DNA of 64,000 bases from Malacoraja senta (taxonomy: Eukaryota): the NCBI GenBank assembly GCA_038087875.1, contig JAXLNO010000110.1, positions 434,001-498,000 on the forward strand, written 5' to 3'. The position numbers and the translations under genes were made by a program. Below are positions 24,320 through 38,167 of this stretch, one piece after another (the stretch's first letter is position 1; each line of letters starts with the position of its first letter). Below the pieces are notes generated by a model. That model was not told where the DNA came from. It ran no database searches and saw nothing but the letters and a program-made list of their open reading frames with translations.

Positions 24320-25161
24320 ACCTATTACTTCTCTTCATAGATGTTGCCTCACCCGCTGAGTTTCTCCAGCATTTTTGTCTACCTTCGATTTTTCCAGCAT
24401 CTGCAGTTCTTTCTTAAACAAGTTTAAAAGAGATGTCCGGGCAACTTTTTTGTAAACAGAGGGTGGTGCGTGTCTAGAACGTGCTGCTTGGGGTGGTGGT
24501 GGGAGCAGATACGATAGGGGTGTTTAATCGACTTTTATACAGGTGCATTAGTAGTCAGGGAATGGAAGGATATAGATTATGTGCATGTTGGGCACGGACA
24601 TTGTGGGCCAGAGGTCTTGCTCCTGTGCTGGCTGTACTGCTCTATGCACTAACATTAGGTCAGTTTAGTTTAGTTTAGAGATACAGCGTGGAAGCAGGCC
24701 CTTCGGCCCACCGACCAGCGATCCCCGCACATTAATGCTATCCTACACTAGGGACAATTTTTACATTCATACCAAGCCAATTAACCTACAAATCTGTACG
24801 TCTTTGGAGTGTGGGAGGCAACCCGTAGTTCTCGGAGAAAACCCACACGGGTCACGGGGAGAACATACAAACTTTGTGCAGACAAGCACCCGCAGCCAGG
24901 ATCGAACCCGGGTCTCTGGTGCTGTGAGCGCTGTAAGGCAGCAACTCTACCACTGCGCCGCCGTTCAGCCCTTACTGGAGGGAGGCTGGATAAACTCACA
25001 GGAGATCTAGATGGGACACAGATCAAGGATGTAGCAGACAGAATCTGCTGAAGACAGATGTGTAAGAAGGAACTGCAGATGCTGGTTTAAACCGAAGATG
25101 GACTCAAAGAGCTGGAGTAACTCAGCGGGACAGGCAGCATCTCTGGAGAGAAGGAATGGGT

Positions 25162-25189
25162 GACGTTTCGGGTCGAGACCCTTCTTCAG
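25162..25189 (-). ncRNA. Minimal hammerhead ribozyme motif, sense to the IQGAP3 pre-mRNA
   Basis: Reverse complement is CTGAAGAAGGGTCTCGACCCGAAACGTC. Confidence 0.62.
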
Positions 25190-27373
25190 ACAGAAGGTGG
25201 CTGGGCAAGGGAGAGGGACGACGGTTCACGGGACGACCGTATGGAGGCGACGGCTGCAACAAGCCTTCATGGCCAGCAACAGCTGGGACTGTCAAATGGA
25301 GCCAAAACAGGGCGACTCTTGCATACAGTGGTCTACACATAATGTACTTAACCGGTGATTGTACTTATGAATGGCAATATTCTCACTGGTCTGTATGCAA
25401 AACAAGAATCTCACTGTACCTTGGGCAGCACGATGGTGCAGCGATAGAGCAGCTGCCTCACAGTGCCAGAGACCCGGGTTCGATCCTGACTATGGGTGCT
25501 GTCTGTACGGAGTTTGTACGTTCTCCCCATGACCTGCGTGGGTTTTCTCCGGGTGCTCCGGTTTCCTCCCACACTCCAAAGACGTGCAGGTTTGCAGGTA
25601 AAAATTGCAAATTGTCCCTAGTGTGTGTAGGATAATGTTAGTGTGCAGGGATTGCTGGTCGGCTCGGATTCAGTGGGCCGAAGGGCCTGTTTCTGCACTG
25701 TATCTCTAAACTAAACTGACAGTAAAGTCATAATAAAATAAATTGAATCTAATGTGTGAGATTGAACACTTTAGCTCACGAGACAGAAGATCAGAGTACT
25801 TTGAAAAGATGAGGGTTAGAAAAGTAGTTTTGTTCAACTGGATCGGGGCATTGCAATACACGATTCGCAGAAAAGTAATGAGCAGGTTCAGCAGTCAATT
25901 AGGAAGGCAATCTGTAGGTCGACCTTTGTTACAAGTCAATTTATGTAAAGACATCTTGCTCCAATTATACTGGGCCCTGGTGAGACTGCAACGGGAATAT
26001 TATGTGAGGGAAGGAACTGCAGACGCTGGTTTAAACCAAAGGCAGACACAAAAGGCTGGAGTAACTCCGCGGCTCAGACAGCATGTCTGGAGAAAAGGAA
26101 TAGGTGACGTTTTGGGTCAAGACCCTTCTTCAGACTGAGAGTCAGGGGAAAGGGAAATGAGAGATATAGACAGTGAGGTAGAGAGATATAGAAGAAATGA
26201 ATAAAAGAAATGCAAAAAAGTAACGACCTTCAGAGCTTACAGTTAGACAATATGTACAGTAACTGTATACAATGTCTGTATAACTAGTTTTCACCTAGAT
26301 CACGGCTGATAAAGCACCATTTCCTTGATCATTGTTACTTTTTTGCATATCTTTCATTCATTTGTTCTATATCTCTCTACATCACCATCGTGACTTGTAT
26401 CTATACAATGTAAATGGCTCGATTGTAATCATGTATTGTCTTTCCGCTGACTGGATAGCACGCGACAACAGCTTTTCATTGTACCTTGGTACAATAAACT
26501 AAACTGTAAAACTGTGTAAGAAAAAGGAGGTGTGAACACTACTGGATTTAATACTAGCAATATTCAATGCACGAACACAAAGAATTTATTACGATTTCTG
26601 CAGATTTTTGTGTTGTATATTTTTTCCTTTCTGAACAAAATGTATTTGTTAAAAAAAAGACCAGGTCCAAATCATTAAGTTTAGATGTACGAGTGGCAAT
26701 CTCAATCAACATATCAATCCAAATGTGAAGTGATTGCTTCCTCGGGCTAGGGTTCCTAGAACCAGAGGTTGCTCATTCAGAGTAGAGATGAGCTTTCTTT
26801 ACCATTGGAGTTTTCTATCCAAGAGTTGCTGTAACGGTTCAGTGACCAAGGACACTCAAGACAGCTTGATCATTGTTTTTTAAAGATATGAAGGGATATA
26901 GGATAAATGCTGGAAAATGACACGGGCAGCTCAGCTGGTGGAGCCACTGCCTCACAGCGCCACAAACCCAGGTTCAATCTTGATCTCAAGGAACATCTGT
27001 ATGGAGTTTGCATGTTTTTCCTGTGACCGCATAGTTTTCCTCTGGGTGCTCCGGTTTAAGTTTCCTTTTAGTTTCCTTTCAGGTTAGTGATACAGCACGA
27101 AAACAAGCCCTTTGGCCTATGGTGACTGCGCCGACCAGCGACCACCCATGCACTAGTTCGAACCCACACACTAGGAACATTTTACAGAAGCCAATTGCCC
27201 TATACACCTGCACATCTTTGGAATGTGGAAGGAGACTGGAGCACCTGGAGAAACCCCACGCGGACACACGGAGAAGGTACAAACTCCGTACAGACAGCAC
27301 CCGTGGTCAGGAACCAAGCCGGGTCTCTGGTGCTGTGAGGCAGCTGCACCATCGTGCCCATGGCAACACTTAC

Positions 27374-27498
27374 TCTGCTGTTCCTCCTGCATGGCAGAGT
27401 TGACGTCGCGCACGGACAGCTGCAGACTGTTCCAGGACAGCATGGTCTCCCCGTTCCTGCCGCTCTGCTGCTTCAGACTCCTCAGTGCATCGAAGTAC
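27374..27498 (-). CDS. IQGAP3: IQGAP3-like exon G (125 nt): YFDALRSLKQQSG...DVNSAMQEEQQ
   Basis: Acceptor ttgtcag, donor gtaagt; phase 2 to 1. Confidence 0.92.
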
Positions 27499-27552
27499 CT
27501 GACAATCAGATCACACTGAAAAGTCACAGGCCTGCTTCTTGCAATGACCCGA

Positions 27553-28080
27553 AGATAATAATAATAATAATAATGGATTTTATTTACGGGCGCCTTATAC
27601 CGAGGTCTCAAGGACACCATACAGAGATTTATAGAAAACATATAATCAGAATTTTAAAAAAAATAGGTTATAAAGAACAATACATAAATCAGGGACAGAA
27701 TTCCTTCCAAAAACACAAAAAAAAGAAAATCAGAAACACAATTTGAGGAGAGAGCAGCGGCAATTTAACGCCAGCGTCCACTCTCCCCTCCGACCGCCAT
27801 CTTGAACACAGACTAACAAATACAATTACAAACAATTACATACAAAAATCATCCCCCCACAATGATTTCCACTGTGGGGGAAGGCACAATGTCCAGTCCC
27901 CAGCCCCAGTTCACCCAAAAAAAGTCAGGCCAAATGAGGCCCCCGCTATTGCCTCTACGAAGGCCCGATGATCCTGGCCGTTCTCGCCGGGTGATGTAGC
28001 CCCGGCGTCGGGAGAGTCCTCCAGCAGCTGGGCCACCTGGAACGGCCGCATCCCTCACCGGAGGCCGCAACTACGGCTGG
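27553..28080 (-). mobile_element. GC-rich non-autonomous retroelement with L2-like (TTA)n tail (shorter relative at ~14093-14340)
   Basis: Shared 3' end gtgtccttgagacctcggtataaggcgcccgtaaataaaat + (tta)n in both copies. Confidence 0.55.
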
Positions 28081-29954
28081 AACGTAGACACGAAAGACAC
28101 GAAAGAGCTGGAGTAACTCAGCGGCATGGAGACCCTTCTTCAGACTAATGACCCATTTACTCAAAAGCACGGAGGTAGCAGAAAGCCAGCAGATATTGCA
28201 GCATCACCTTTTTCTCAGCAGTTTCATAAGTGATAGGAGCAGAATTAGGCCATTCGGCCCATCAAATCAATCATGGCTGATCTATCTCTCCCTCCTAACC
28301 CCATTCTCCTGCCTTCTCCCCGTAACCCCTGATACCCGTACTAATCAAGAATCTGTCAATCTCCACCTTAACAATATCCATTGACTTGGCCTCCACAGCC
28401 GTCTGTGGCAATGAATTTCACCACCCTCCGACTAAAGAAATTCTTCATCTCCTTCCTAAAGGTATATATATCTGAGGCTGTGCCCTCTGGTCCTAGACTC
28501 TCCCACTAGTGGAAACTGACTGACGTATCAGGGTCGGCGAAAGATTTCGAACATTTCAAAATCCAGCAGCGACAAAAAAATGTTGCGACACTTGAGGAGA
28601 CACCGTGCATCAATACGTTGTCACGCCGCCTCACGGCCTCATCACGCCACAACTTTTTTGGTAACCTTATACGTCAGTCAATGATGCTGACAGTCACTAA
28701 AACAATCGCCGCATTACCGGAAGGATGTGTAGGTTTTGGAGGGGGTGCAGAAGAGGGTTAAAAAGTCTGAAGAAGGGTCCCGACCCAAAATGCCTTTTTC
28801 CCAGCTCGAAACAAAGAACTGCAGATCCGGGTTCATACCAAATACACCATACTGAAGGGTCCCAATCCGAAACGTCACTCTCTCCAGAGATGCTGCCTGA
28901 CCCGCTGAGTAACTCCAGCGCTTTGTCTATCTTTGGCATCAACCAGAATCTGCAGCTCATTGTTTCTACCGGAGAAAAATACTTTTTGGGTCGGGACTCT
29001 TCTTCAGACTGAGTCTGAATGGAAAGGTCAGAAGGGCAAAGAATCAATCTGAAGAAGGGTCCCGAGCAGAAAGATTGTCTGTCTATTCCCTCCACAGATG
29101 CAGCCTGGCCCTTTGTGCTTTGCTCATTCCATAAGCTGCCGAGTCCACATTCTCACCATTCCCTGGAAATTGACGCTCTCCTGAGCTCTTTGTTGGATTT
29201 CTTGGTCACCATGACCATTGTTCTGGTCTTCCCCACTTTTATTATCCCTTGAGCGAAGGTTATTAAAGGCTCGAGCCAGAAGGACCGCGATATGATTAGC
29301 ACAGACCATGAGGACGCCGGGGCCCGCGGCAGGTGCCGGAGGTTGGTCATGGACGCTTCATTGAGGACAAAGGGGGACCCGGCATGGGGGGCTGCCGAGA
29401 GCAAAGAGGGACCATTGGGAACTTACAGCAGAGATAGATAGATTCTTGATTAGTACGGGTGTCCGGGGTTATGGGGAAAAGGCAGGAGAATGAGGTTAGG
29501 AGGGAGAGATAGATCAGCTATGAGTGAATGGTGGAGCAGACTCGATGGGCCGAATGGCCTGATTATGAAGGGTCTCGAGCCGAAACGTCGCCTATTCCTT
29601 CTCTCCATAGATGCTGCCTCACGCGCTGAGTTCCTCCAGCATTTTTGTCTACCTTTGATTTTTCCAGCATCCGCAGTTCTTTCTTAAACATGATCCTATC
29701 ACTTATGACCATAATGAATGCCGCTGCCCCATCCGTGGTAACTCTTTGCATACCTTGTGTATCCTTTACATACCTGGACTTGAACCGGCAGAACAGACCA
29801 CTATTTGGCAGTCCAACGGGTAGGAAGGTGGAGCCAGCAAAGCGTCGTGGAGCACAATATTCACGTAGAACACTGGTGGCCATCCACTGCATCCTGACCT
29901 ATCGCCAGCCGTCTTGTCTATGTCTTGCCACTGGATCCAGATAGGCCGGGACGA

Positions 29955-30887
29955 GTAACATTTGCAAATTTGCAGATGACACAAAGCTAGGTGGCAGTGT
30001 GAACTGTGAGGAGGATGTTATGAGAATGCAGGGTGACTTGGACAGGTTGGGGGAGTGGGCAGATGCATGGCAGATGCAGTTTAATGTGGATAAATGTGAG
30101 GTTATCCACTTTGGTAGCAAAATCAGGAAGGCAGATTATTATCTAAATGGTGTCAAGTTGGGAAAAGGGGAAGTACAACGGGATCTGGGGGTCCTTGTTC
30201 ATCAGTCAATGAAAGTACGCATGCAGGTACAGCAGGCAGTGAAGAAAGCGAATGGCATGTTGACCTTCTAAACAAGAGAAGTTGAGTATAGGAGCAAAGA
30301 GGTCCTTCTGCAGTTGTACAGGGCCCTACTGAGACCACACCTGGATTATTGTGTGCAGTTTTGATCCCCTAATTTGAGGAAGGACATTCTTGCTATTGAG
30401 GGAGTGCAGCGTAGGTTTACAAGGTTAATTCCCGGGATGGATGGACTGTCATATGCTGAGAGAATGGAGCGGCTGGGTTTGTATACTCTGGAGTTTAGAA
30501 GGATGAGAGGTTATCTTATTGAAACATATAAGATTATTAAGGGTTTGGACACGCTGGAGGCAGGAAACATGTTCTCGATGTTGGGGGAGTCCAGAACCAG
30601 GGGCTGCAGTATAAGAATAAGGGGTAAGCCATTCAGAACGGAGACAATGAAACACTTCTTCACAGAGAGTTGTGAGCCTGTGGAATTCTCTGCCTCAAAG
30701 GGAGGCGGAGGTTCTCTGGATACTTTCAAGAGAGAGCTGGATAGGGCTCTTAAAGATAGTGGAGTCAGGGGATATGGGGAGAAGGCAGGAACGGGGTACT
30801 GATTGGGGATGATCAGCCAATGTCACATTGAATGGCGGTGGTGGCTCGAAGGGCTGAATGGCCTACTCCTGCACCTATTGTCTATTG
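29955..30887 (+). mobile_element. CR1 LINE RT C-terminus and 3' UTR, degenerate
   Basis: KFADDTKLGG...WQMQFNVDKCEVIHFG...; in-frame stops. Confidence 0.88.
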
Positions 30888-30999
30888 AGTGAGGCTGACG
30901 ATTTGCGCATTTCTCCCTCACTTTAATCTAATTCAAGCGCAAGTCATGACTTCAGGACCCATACCGCCCAACTGGGCGAAGCAAGATCACCACAGGGGC

Positions 31000-31420
31000 G
31001 CGTGCAGTTGAGAAGAAGCGCACCGCAGAAGCTCAGAGGGAACGCGCCGCGCGCAAGGCTTGAGCCACTTCAACTTCTACTGCAGCGCCCACCCAACTGT
31101 GTCCCATATGTGGGCGAGCCTTCCGGGCCGGGATCGGTCTCACTAGTCACCTCCGGACCCACAAACTGTAGATCAGTGGCACTCATGTTACGAGTCATGC
31201 TTTTGTCGTTGCTCCTACTTGTTTTCACAGTAATCCTCCCTGCCTGTTTCCCTGAGAATTAGAGAAACGTGCTAGCATGAAGTTATCTATGCTATGTCGT
31301 TAATAAAGTCTTTGGACCTTTATCATGGTGTAAGGCTTCAGTTATTACCACATCCGTAACACAACACAAACAAAAAACATAGACTTCTTGGTCTACGAAT
31401 GACGAACAACAACAACACCT
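31000..31420 (+). mobile_element. RTE-clade LINE 3' end
   Basis: Encodes C-terminal C2H2-like CPICGRAFRAGIGLTSHLRTH; tail gacgaacaacaacaac. Confidence 0.65.
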
Positions 31421-31522
31421 TGTGTATGGTGTGCAGGACAAAGAGTTTCACTGTGACAGGTCACATGTGATAATAAAGTATCAAACGCTGAACGTTGCAG
31501 TAAGGGGACTTTGCTTGCTTAC

Positions 31523-31683
31523 CGCTGCACGCTCTCGTCCTTGACGTCAGTCAGGCCCATCGCTGGGCTGAGCAGGCTGCTCCAAAACGCCACGACGTCT
31601 CCGGCTTCCAGGGCATGATTTATCACTGCCACTGCCGAGAGCATCTCCACAGCAACGTACAGCTCCTCCTGAGTCAGCTCACC
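31523..31683 (-). CDS. IQGAP3: IQGAP3-like exon F (161 nt): GELTQEELYVAVEMLSAVAVINHALEAG...VKDESVQ(R)
   Basis: Acceptor cgtgcag, donor gtaagc; not in the ORF track; phase 0 to 2. Confidence 0.93.
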
Positions 31684-32307
31684 CTGCACGAGGAGAGCAC
31701 AGCACAGTCAACCTCACACCCACACAGCACCATGGGGTGTCAGAAAGCTGGGGTAACTCAGCGGGACAGGCACCATCTCTGGAGAGAAGGAACGGGAGAC
31801 CCCCCTTCTTCAGACATTACAGCATTACATCCCCTTCTTGTACACTGCAAGGGCCAGGAAGCGAGCGGGCAAGATCATCTCTGACCCCTCTCACCCTGGC
31901 CACAAACTCTTCGAATCACTTCCCTCTGGAAGGCGACTCCGGACTGTCAAAGCTGCCACAGCCAGACATAAAAACAACTTTTTTTTCCACGAGCAGTAGC
32001 TCTACTCAATAACCAAAAGTCTGTAGCCTCCTTTTGCTCTGGTATTTTATTTCATTCACATGTACTGTCATTAACTGTAATGTTTTATTATTAATGTTTA
32101 ATGTTTTATGTGTCATTCATAATTGTTACTGTGTGTGTCGTGTTGTCATTTGCGAGCGGAGCACCAAGACAAATTCCTTGTATGGGAACATACTTGGCTA
32201 ATAAACGTATTCATTCATTCACGTTATGTGTCGATACATATGCCAATTATACGCTCTTGGATCTGAACGTCGGCAGTGTGAGCTGGCAGTGGCGGTTGCT
32301 TGCTCAC

Positions 32308-32471
32308 CTGTGGTTTCTGCCGCTGGAGAGCAACCAGCTCCCTCTGGTACAGCGCCCCTGCGAATGGGTAGACCTCGGGCAGTTTGGCACTGGGGTCCAT
32401 CAGTTCCTTCGTCGTCCCAGCGGGGATCCCCTTGCGTACGGCTGCGTTGATCCTGGCCACGGACTGCATCA
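32308..32471 (-). CDS. IQGAP3: IQGAP3-like exon E (164 nt): MMQSVARINAAVRKG...LPEVYPFAGALYQRELVALQRQKPQ
   Basis: Acceptor tgcccag, donor gtgagc; phase 1 to 0. Confidence 0.93.
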
Positions 32472-33030
32472 CTGGGCACAAAGAGACAGTCAGCCTGGGG
32501 ACCAGCAAGCACTGCTTGGGACGCAATGATACCTGGACTCACCCGGACACAAAGTGCTGGAGTAACTGGGCGGGTCAGGCAGCATCTCTGGACAGGTAAC
32601 GGTTTGTGTCACAACCCTTCTTCAAACTTACAGGGGAGACTGAGGGAGAGGAGGTGAGAAGTGGAGACTGGGGGAGGTGGTTAGAAGGTGAGAAAAAGGG
32701 TCCCGACCCAAAAATGTCACCTATCCATGTTCCTCAGAGATGCTGCCTGATCGCTGAGTTACTCCAGCACTTTTGTGTCCTTTTATGTAACCCAGAATGT
32801 ACAGTTCCTTGTTTCCACATGCTTCTGATTTAACTTACTTACTTATTTATTATTACAGACTCAAGGTCCAGATAAAAGACAAGACATTACATAGAATAAA
32901 TTGTATACAGAAGCACAGTAAATTACATACAAAGGCACAATATATGGTTTAAGATCAAGAATTCAAAAAAATCAGTGTCCTACAACGAGACAACGATACC
33001 AATGTCTCCACAGCTGGGATTGGTAGCATG

Positions 33031-34165
33031 TAATAATAATAATAATAATAATAGATTTTATTTATATAGCGCTTTTCAGGACTCAAAGTCGCTTTACAAT
33101 TGAGAGTCAGGAATAAACAAAACCAAATAGAGCAGTAAGACAGAGGGGAGGGGAACATGGGACTAAGGGTATGCAGAGGTGAAGAGATGGGTCTTGAGGC
33201 GGGACTGGAAGATGGTGAGGGACTCAGAATTTCGGACCGGTTGTGGGAGGGAATTCCAGAGCCTGGGAGCTGCCCTGGAGAAGGCTCTGCCTCCAAAAGT
33301 GCAGAGGTTTGATTTCGGAGTGGAGAGGAGACCAGCTGATGTGGATCTGAGGGACCGTGAGGGTTGGTAGGGGGAGAGGAGGTCAATGAGATAAGGGGGG
33401 GCCAGGTTGTTGAGGGCTTTGTAGGTGAGGACCAGGATTTTGTAGGTGATCCGGTGGGAAATGGGAAGCCAGTGAAGTTCTTTGAGAACTGGGGTGATGT
33501 GGTGCCAGGAGTTGGTGTGGGTAATGAGTCGGGCGGCTGCATTCTGGACCAGTTGGAGTCGTTTGATGCTGCTGGAATTGATTCCGAAAAGAAGAGAGTT
33601 ACAGTAGTCCAGTCGGGAGGAGATGAAGGCATGGATGAGTCTTTCAGCAGCGGGGGGTGTGAGAGACGATTTGATTTTTGCAATGTTGCGGAGGTGAAAA
33701 AATGATGTTTTGACAACATGGCGGATGTGAGGCTCAAGGGAGAGGGTTGAGTCAAGGATCACGCCAAGGTTGCGTGCCTGAGGAGATGGGGAGACAGTGG
33801 TGCCGTCGATAGTGAGGGTGGGGTTGTTAATTTTAGTGAGTGTTGATTTGGAGCCAATGAGGAGAAATTCTGTTTTGCTACTGTTTAATTTAAGGAAGTT
33901 GAGTTGCATCCAAGATTTGATGGCTGATAGGCAGGAGTTGATATGGGAGAGAGGGGGGTGGTGGGGGGACTTGGTGCTGAGATAGATCTGGGTGTCATCA
34001 GCATAGCAGTGGAAGTCCAGTTTGAAGTGACGGAGTATATGACCAAGGGGGAGGATGTAGATGATGAAGAGGAGGGGACCAAGAACGGAGCCTTGGGGAA
34101 CGCCTTGAGTGACAGTGGCTGTGGCAGAGGTGTGGTTATGGAGAGAGATGAAGTGGGATCGGTTG
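33031..34165 (-). mobile_element. L2-clade LINE RT and 3' end
   Basis: GVPQGSVLGP, FHCYADDTQ, LKLNSSKTE...RLDYCNSLL...LHWLPI...FQSRLKTHLF; (tta)n tail. Confidence 0.9.
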
Positions 34166-34269
34166 GAAAGAAGAACGGAACCTGCTGAGTGCAGAACCTT
34201 CTGTTTGATAAGGACAAGATGATTTCATTCTCAGAATCATTAATCCGGCAAATACATTTATACAAAAGA

Positions 34270-34528
34270 TTTCTTAAGACAGTTTGTAAAGTATTGACTC
34301 CTGCAGCACAAACATTTCACTTGCACGACACCATCGAGGTCTCTTAAGTAATATTCTCATGGCATCATTATAAGCTACATGAAGTCTCTGTAAGCTTGCT
34401 TTTCCGTAGTTTGACCATAGGTGTGCAGTATAGAGTGGTGTACAATATGCTCCGAACAGAGACATCTTCACTCCATCTGTACACGCACTACACTTGCATA
34501 ACAGAATGTTTGCTTGTGCAAACATCAT
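34270..34528 (-). mobile_element. Old non-LTR retrotransposon C-terminal fragment (RTEX-like; clade uncertain)
   Basis: VKMSLFGAYCTPLYTAHLW...LHVAYNDAMRILL..PRWCRASEMFV resembles post-RT regions of non-LTR elements. Confidence 0.5.
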
Positions 34529-37500
34529 TAAAGTGGGTAAATCATTAGGTCCAGATGAAATACATCAGTTTAAAGAAGCAGTTAATATCTGTTAAGAGAA
34601 GCAGGGAGCAAATTGCAAAGGAGCTACCTGATAATTTTAATCCTCCTTGGCTATGGGATGGTGCTGGAGAATCGGAAGTGTGTTTACTGAGTAAATACTT
34701 GCCCCACTAGTGTTAGTGAATTATTGGGCTTCAAAAGCACAATACCTCCGAGGAAGTAGAGAAACAGAGGAGCCGATTTATTTATCCAAGGACCACAGGT
34801 ACATAAGGTGCTTAAAGAAACTGGATCTTTCATTTATTAGCCGAAGTTAAACATGCAAGCTCAAGTACTATAGTTAATGTTGAACAGGGAACTGCAGATG
34901 CTGGTTTACCTACACCAAAGGACATAAAGTGCTGGAGTAACTCAACGGGTCAGGAAGCATCTCTGGAGAACATGGATATGTGACATTTCGGGAGAAATGA
35001 AGGGTCTCACTACGAAATGTCAGAAACATGGGCCACAGTTTAAGAATAAGGGGTCGGCCATTTAGAACGGAGATGAGGAAATACTTTTTCACCCAGAGTT
35101 GTGAATCTGTGAAATTCTCTGCCTCAGAAGGCAGTGGAGGCCAGTTCTCTGGATGCTTTCAAGAGAGAACTCTTTCTTAAAGATAGCGGAGTCAAGGGAT
35201 ATGGGGGAGAAGGCAGGAACGGGGTACTGATTGTGGATGATCAGCTACAATCACAGTGAATGGCTGTGCTGTCTTGAAGGACCGAATGGCCTACTCCTGC
35301 ACTTATTGTCTATTGCCTATCCATGTTCTCCAGAGATGCTGCCTGACCCGCTGAGTTACTACAGGACTTTCTGTCCTACCACGCATTGTACTGTCGCCAA
35401 AAGTACAGAAGGGATGCAATGGCAATCTGAATAACATGTGCTACTCGAGCTGTAGTTTATCCAGAGGATGTAATGGAGAGGGTGCGGAGGAGATTCACCA
35501 CCAGGTTTGCAAGGACGAGCAATTTTTAACTCTGAAGAAAGATTGGACAGAGTGAGAAGTGTTCATTGGAACAGAGGAGTCTGAGGAGATCATTTAATGA
35601 GATCTAAATGACCAGAGGCTTAGATAGCAAGATATCTTATTCACTTACTGTAAAGCCATTTTGATGATTAGGTCAGATTCCCAGCCATCAAGGGAATCAC
35701 ATTTGTCTTTCCTAGTCTTTCCCTTTTTACGTATTGAAAGTTTCTGACAGATTATTTTAATTTTCTCTTATATTTCATACTGCTTTCATTATTCGTTTCT
35801 TAATACCGAAGCCAATTAACCCTATAAACCTGGAGCTCAATGCTCTTAAGACAGTGGAATTGTTTGTGGACTTTAGGAGAGCTCCCCCTCCCCTTAACCC
35901 ACTCACCATCAACACCACAGTCACATCAGCGAGTCTTTTAAGTTCCTGGGAAGCATCATTTCTAAGGATCTTAAAGGGTTGGGGGGGGGGGGGGGGGGGG
36001 GGGGGGGGCTACCATCGACTCCACAGTCAAAAAGGCACAACAGAGGATGTACTTCCTGCAGCAGCTGAGGAAGCACAATCTGCCACAGGCAATGATGGTC
36101 CAATTCTCTGTTGCCTCCTTTTGCTCTGGTATTTTATTTAATTCACATGTTTAATCGATAATGTTTTATTATTAATGTTTAATGTTTTGTGTGTCATTCT
36201 TAATCGTCACTGTATGTCATGTTGTCACTTGCGGGCGGAGCACCAAGGCAAATTCCTTGTATGTGAATACTTGGCCAATAAACTTATTCATTCATTCATT
36301 CATTCATCTTTGGAGTGTGGGAGGAAACCAGAGCACCTGTTGCAAACCCACGTGATCACAGGGAAAGGCATGAACTCCGTACGGGATCACTGGCGCTGTA
36401 AGGCAGCAACTTTACCCCTGCTCCACTGTGCCGCCCCTCAAAGTACTAAAATGTTCCGATGCTTTTGGTGACTTTATAATCTTCTTCCTTTGATTTAATG
36501 CTGTCATTTATGTTTTGTCAGCAATGAAAGATGCCCCTTTTCCTTTTGGATATTTATGCCTTAAAGGAGAATATATTTCTTTGTTTAAAATCCATAAGGT
36601 GGAAATAGATATGGTGAATGCACAGAGTCAATTTCCCTGGGGAGGCAAACCAAGAACTGGAGGACATAGGTTTAAGGTGAGTGGGGAAAGATTTAATAGG
36701 AACCTGATTCCTCCGAGGATTGTGGGTAAATGGAACAAGCTGCCAGAGGTAGCAATTAAGGCAGGTACAATAACAATGTTTAAAAGACATTTGATTTGAA
36801 CAGGTACATGTGTAGGAAGGAACTGCAGATGCTGGTTTACACCAAAGATAGGACACAAAATGCTGGAGTAAATCAGTGGGACAGGCGGCATCTCTGGAGA
36901 GAAGGGGTCTATCCTCAGTCTGAAGAAGGGTCTCGACCTGAAACGTCGCATATTCCTTCTCTCCAGAGATGCTGCCTGACCCGCTGAGTTACTCCAGCAT
37001 TTTGTGTTCAAGCTAGGGGACTGTCTGGTTCAAATCTACGCCCATAAACGAGCTTACTTGTCCGATTCACCTCTACCGCTTTGCAGACATCGAATTTTGT
37101 CTCTGGAGCTGGTGCATTGCAACGTGCTGTATCTGCCTACTTGCTCCATCGACTGCGCTGAGTTCAGCTTAAATGTATCTCTGTGCCGCCCCTTGGCATT
37201 ATGTTCAGCAAAGTTATTATGGGCCGAAGGGCCTGTTCCTGTAGTATGTAGTTGTATGTTCCATGAACATTGACTTCTCTAACTTCAAGTAACCCTTGCT
37301 TTCCCTCTTTCTCCCTCCCTCCCCCTTCCCAGTTCTCCGACCAGTCTGACTGTCTCCGACTGCATTTTATCTGTTTGCTTTGTTGTTACCTTCTCCCAGC
37401 CAACAATGATCTATTCTACATTTTCTTTGATCGGCATTCCCTTTGTCCTGTTTTCACACCTTACACTGCCTTATCTATACACTTCCTTATCTATGTACCA

Positions 37501-38167
37501 CCCACTCCCCTGACTCTCAGTCTGAAGAAGGGTCTCGACCCAAAACGTCACCCATTCCTTCTCTCCAGAGATGCTGCCTGTCCCGCTGAGAAACTCCAGC
37601 ATTTTGCGTCTATCTTCGATTTAAACCAGCATCTGCAGCTCCTTCCTGCACTTTGGGCCTGTTCCTGTACTGTACAGTTCCATGCTTGAGGAAAGGCATG
37701 GAGGGTGTACTGCAGGTTTGCAAATCATAGAATCATGCAGCACGGAAAAAGGCCCTTCAGCCCAACTAATTTTTGCCGACTAAAGGGCCTGTCCCACTTA
37801 CGCGATTTTTTCGGCGACTGCCGGCACCCATAGATACATAGAAAATAGGTGCAGGAGTAGGCCATTCGGCCCTTCGAGCCTACCCCGCCATTCAATATGA
37901 TCATGGCTGATCATCCAACTCAGTATCCCGTACCTGCCTTCTCTCCATACCCCCTGATCCCTTTAGCCACAAGGGCCACATCTAACTCCCTCTTAAATAT
38001 AGCCAATGAACTGGCCTCGACTACCCTCTGTGGCAGAGAGTTCCAGAGATTCACCACTCTCTGTGTGAAAAAGTTTTTTCACAACTCGGTCTTAAAGGAT
38101 TTCCCCCTTATCCTTAAGATTAGGGTCAAACGCAGGCAAATGGAACTAAGATCGATGGAATATCTAA

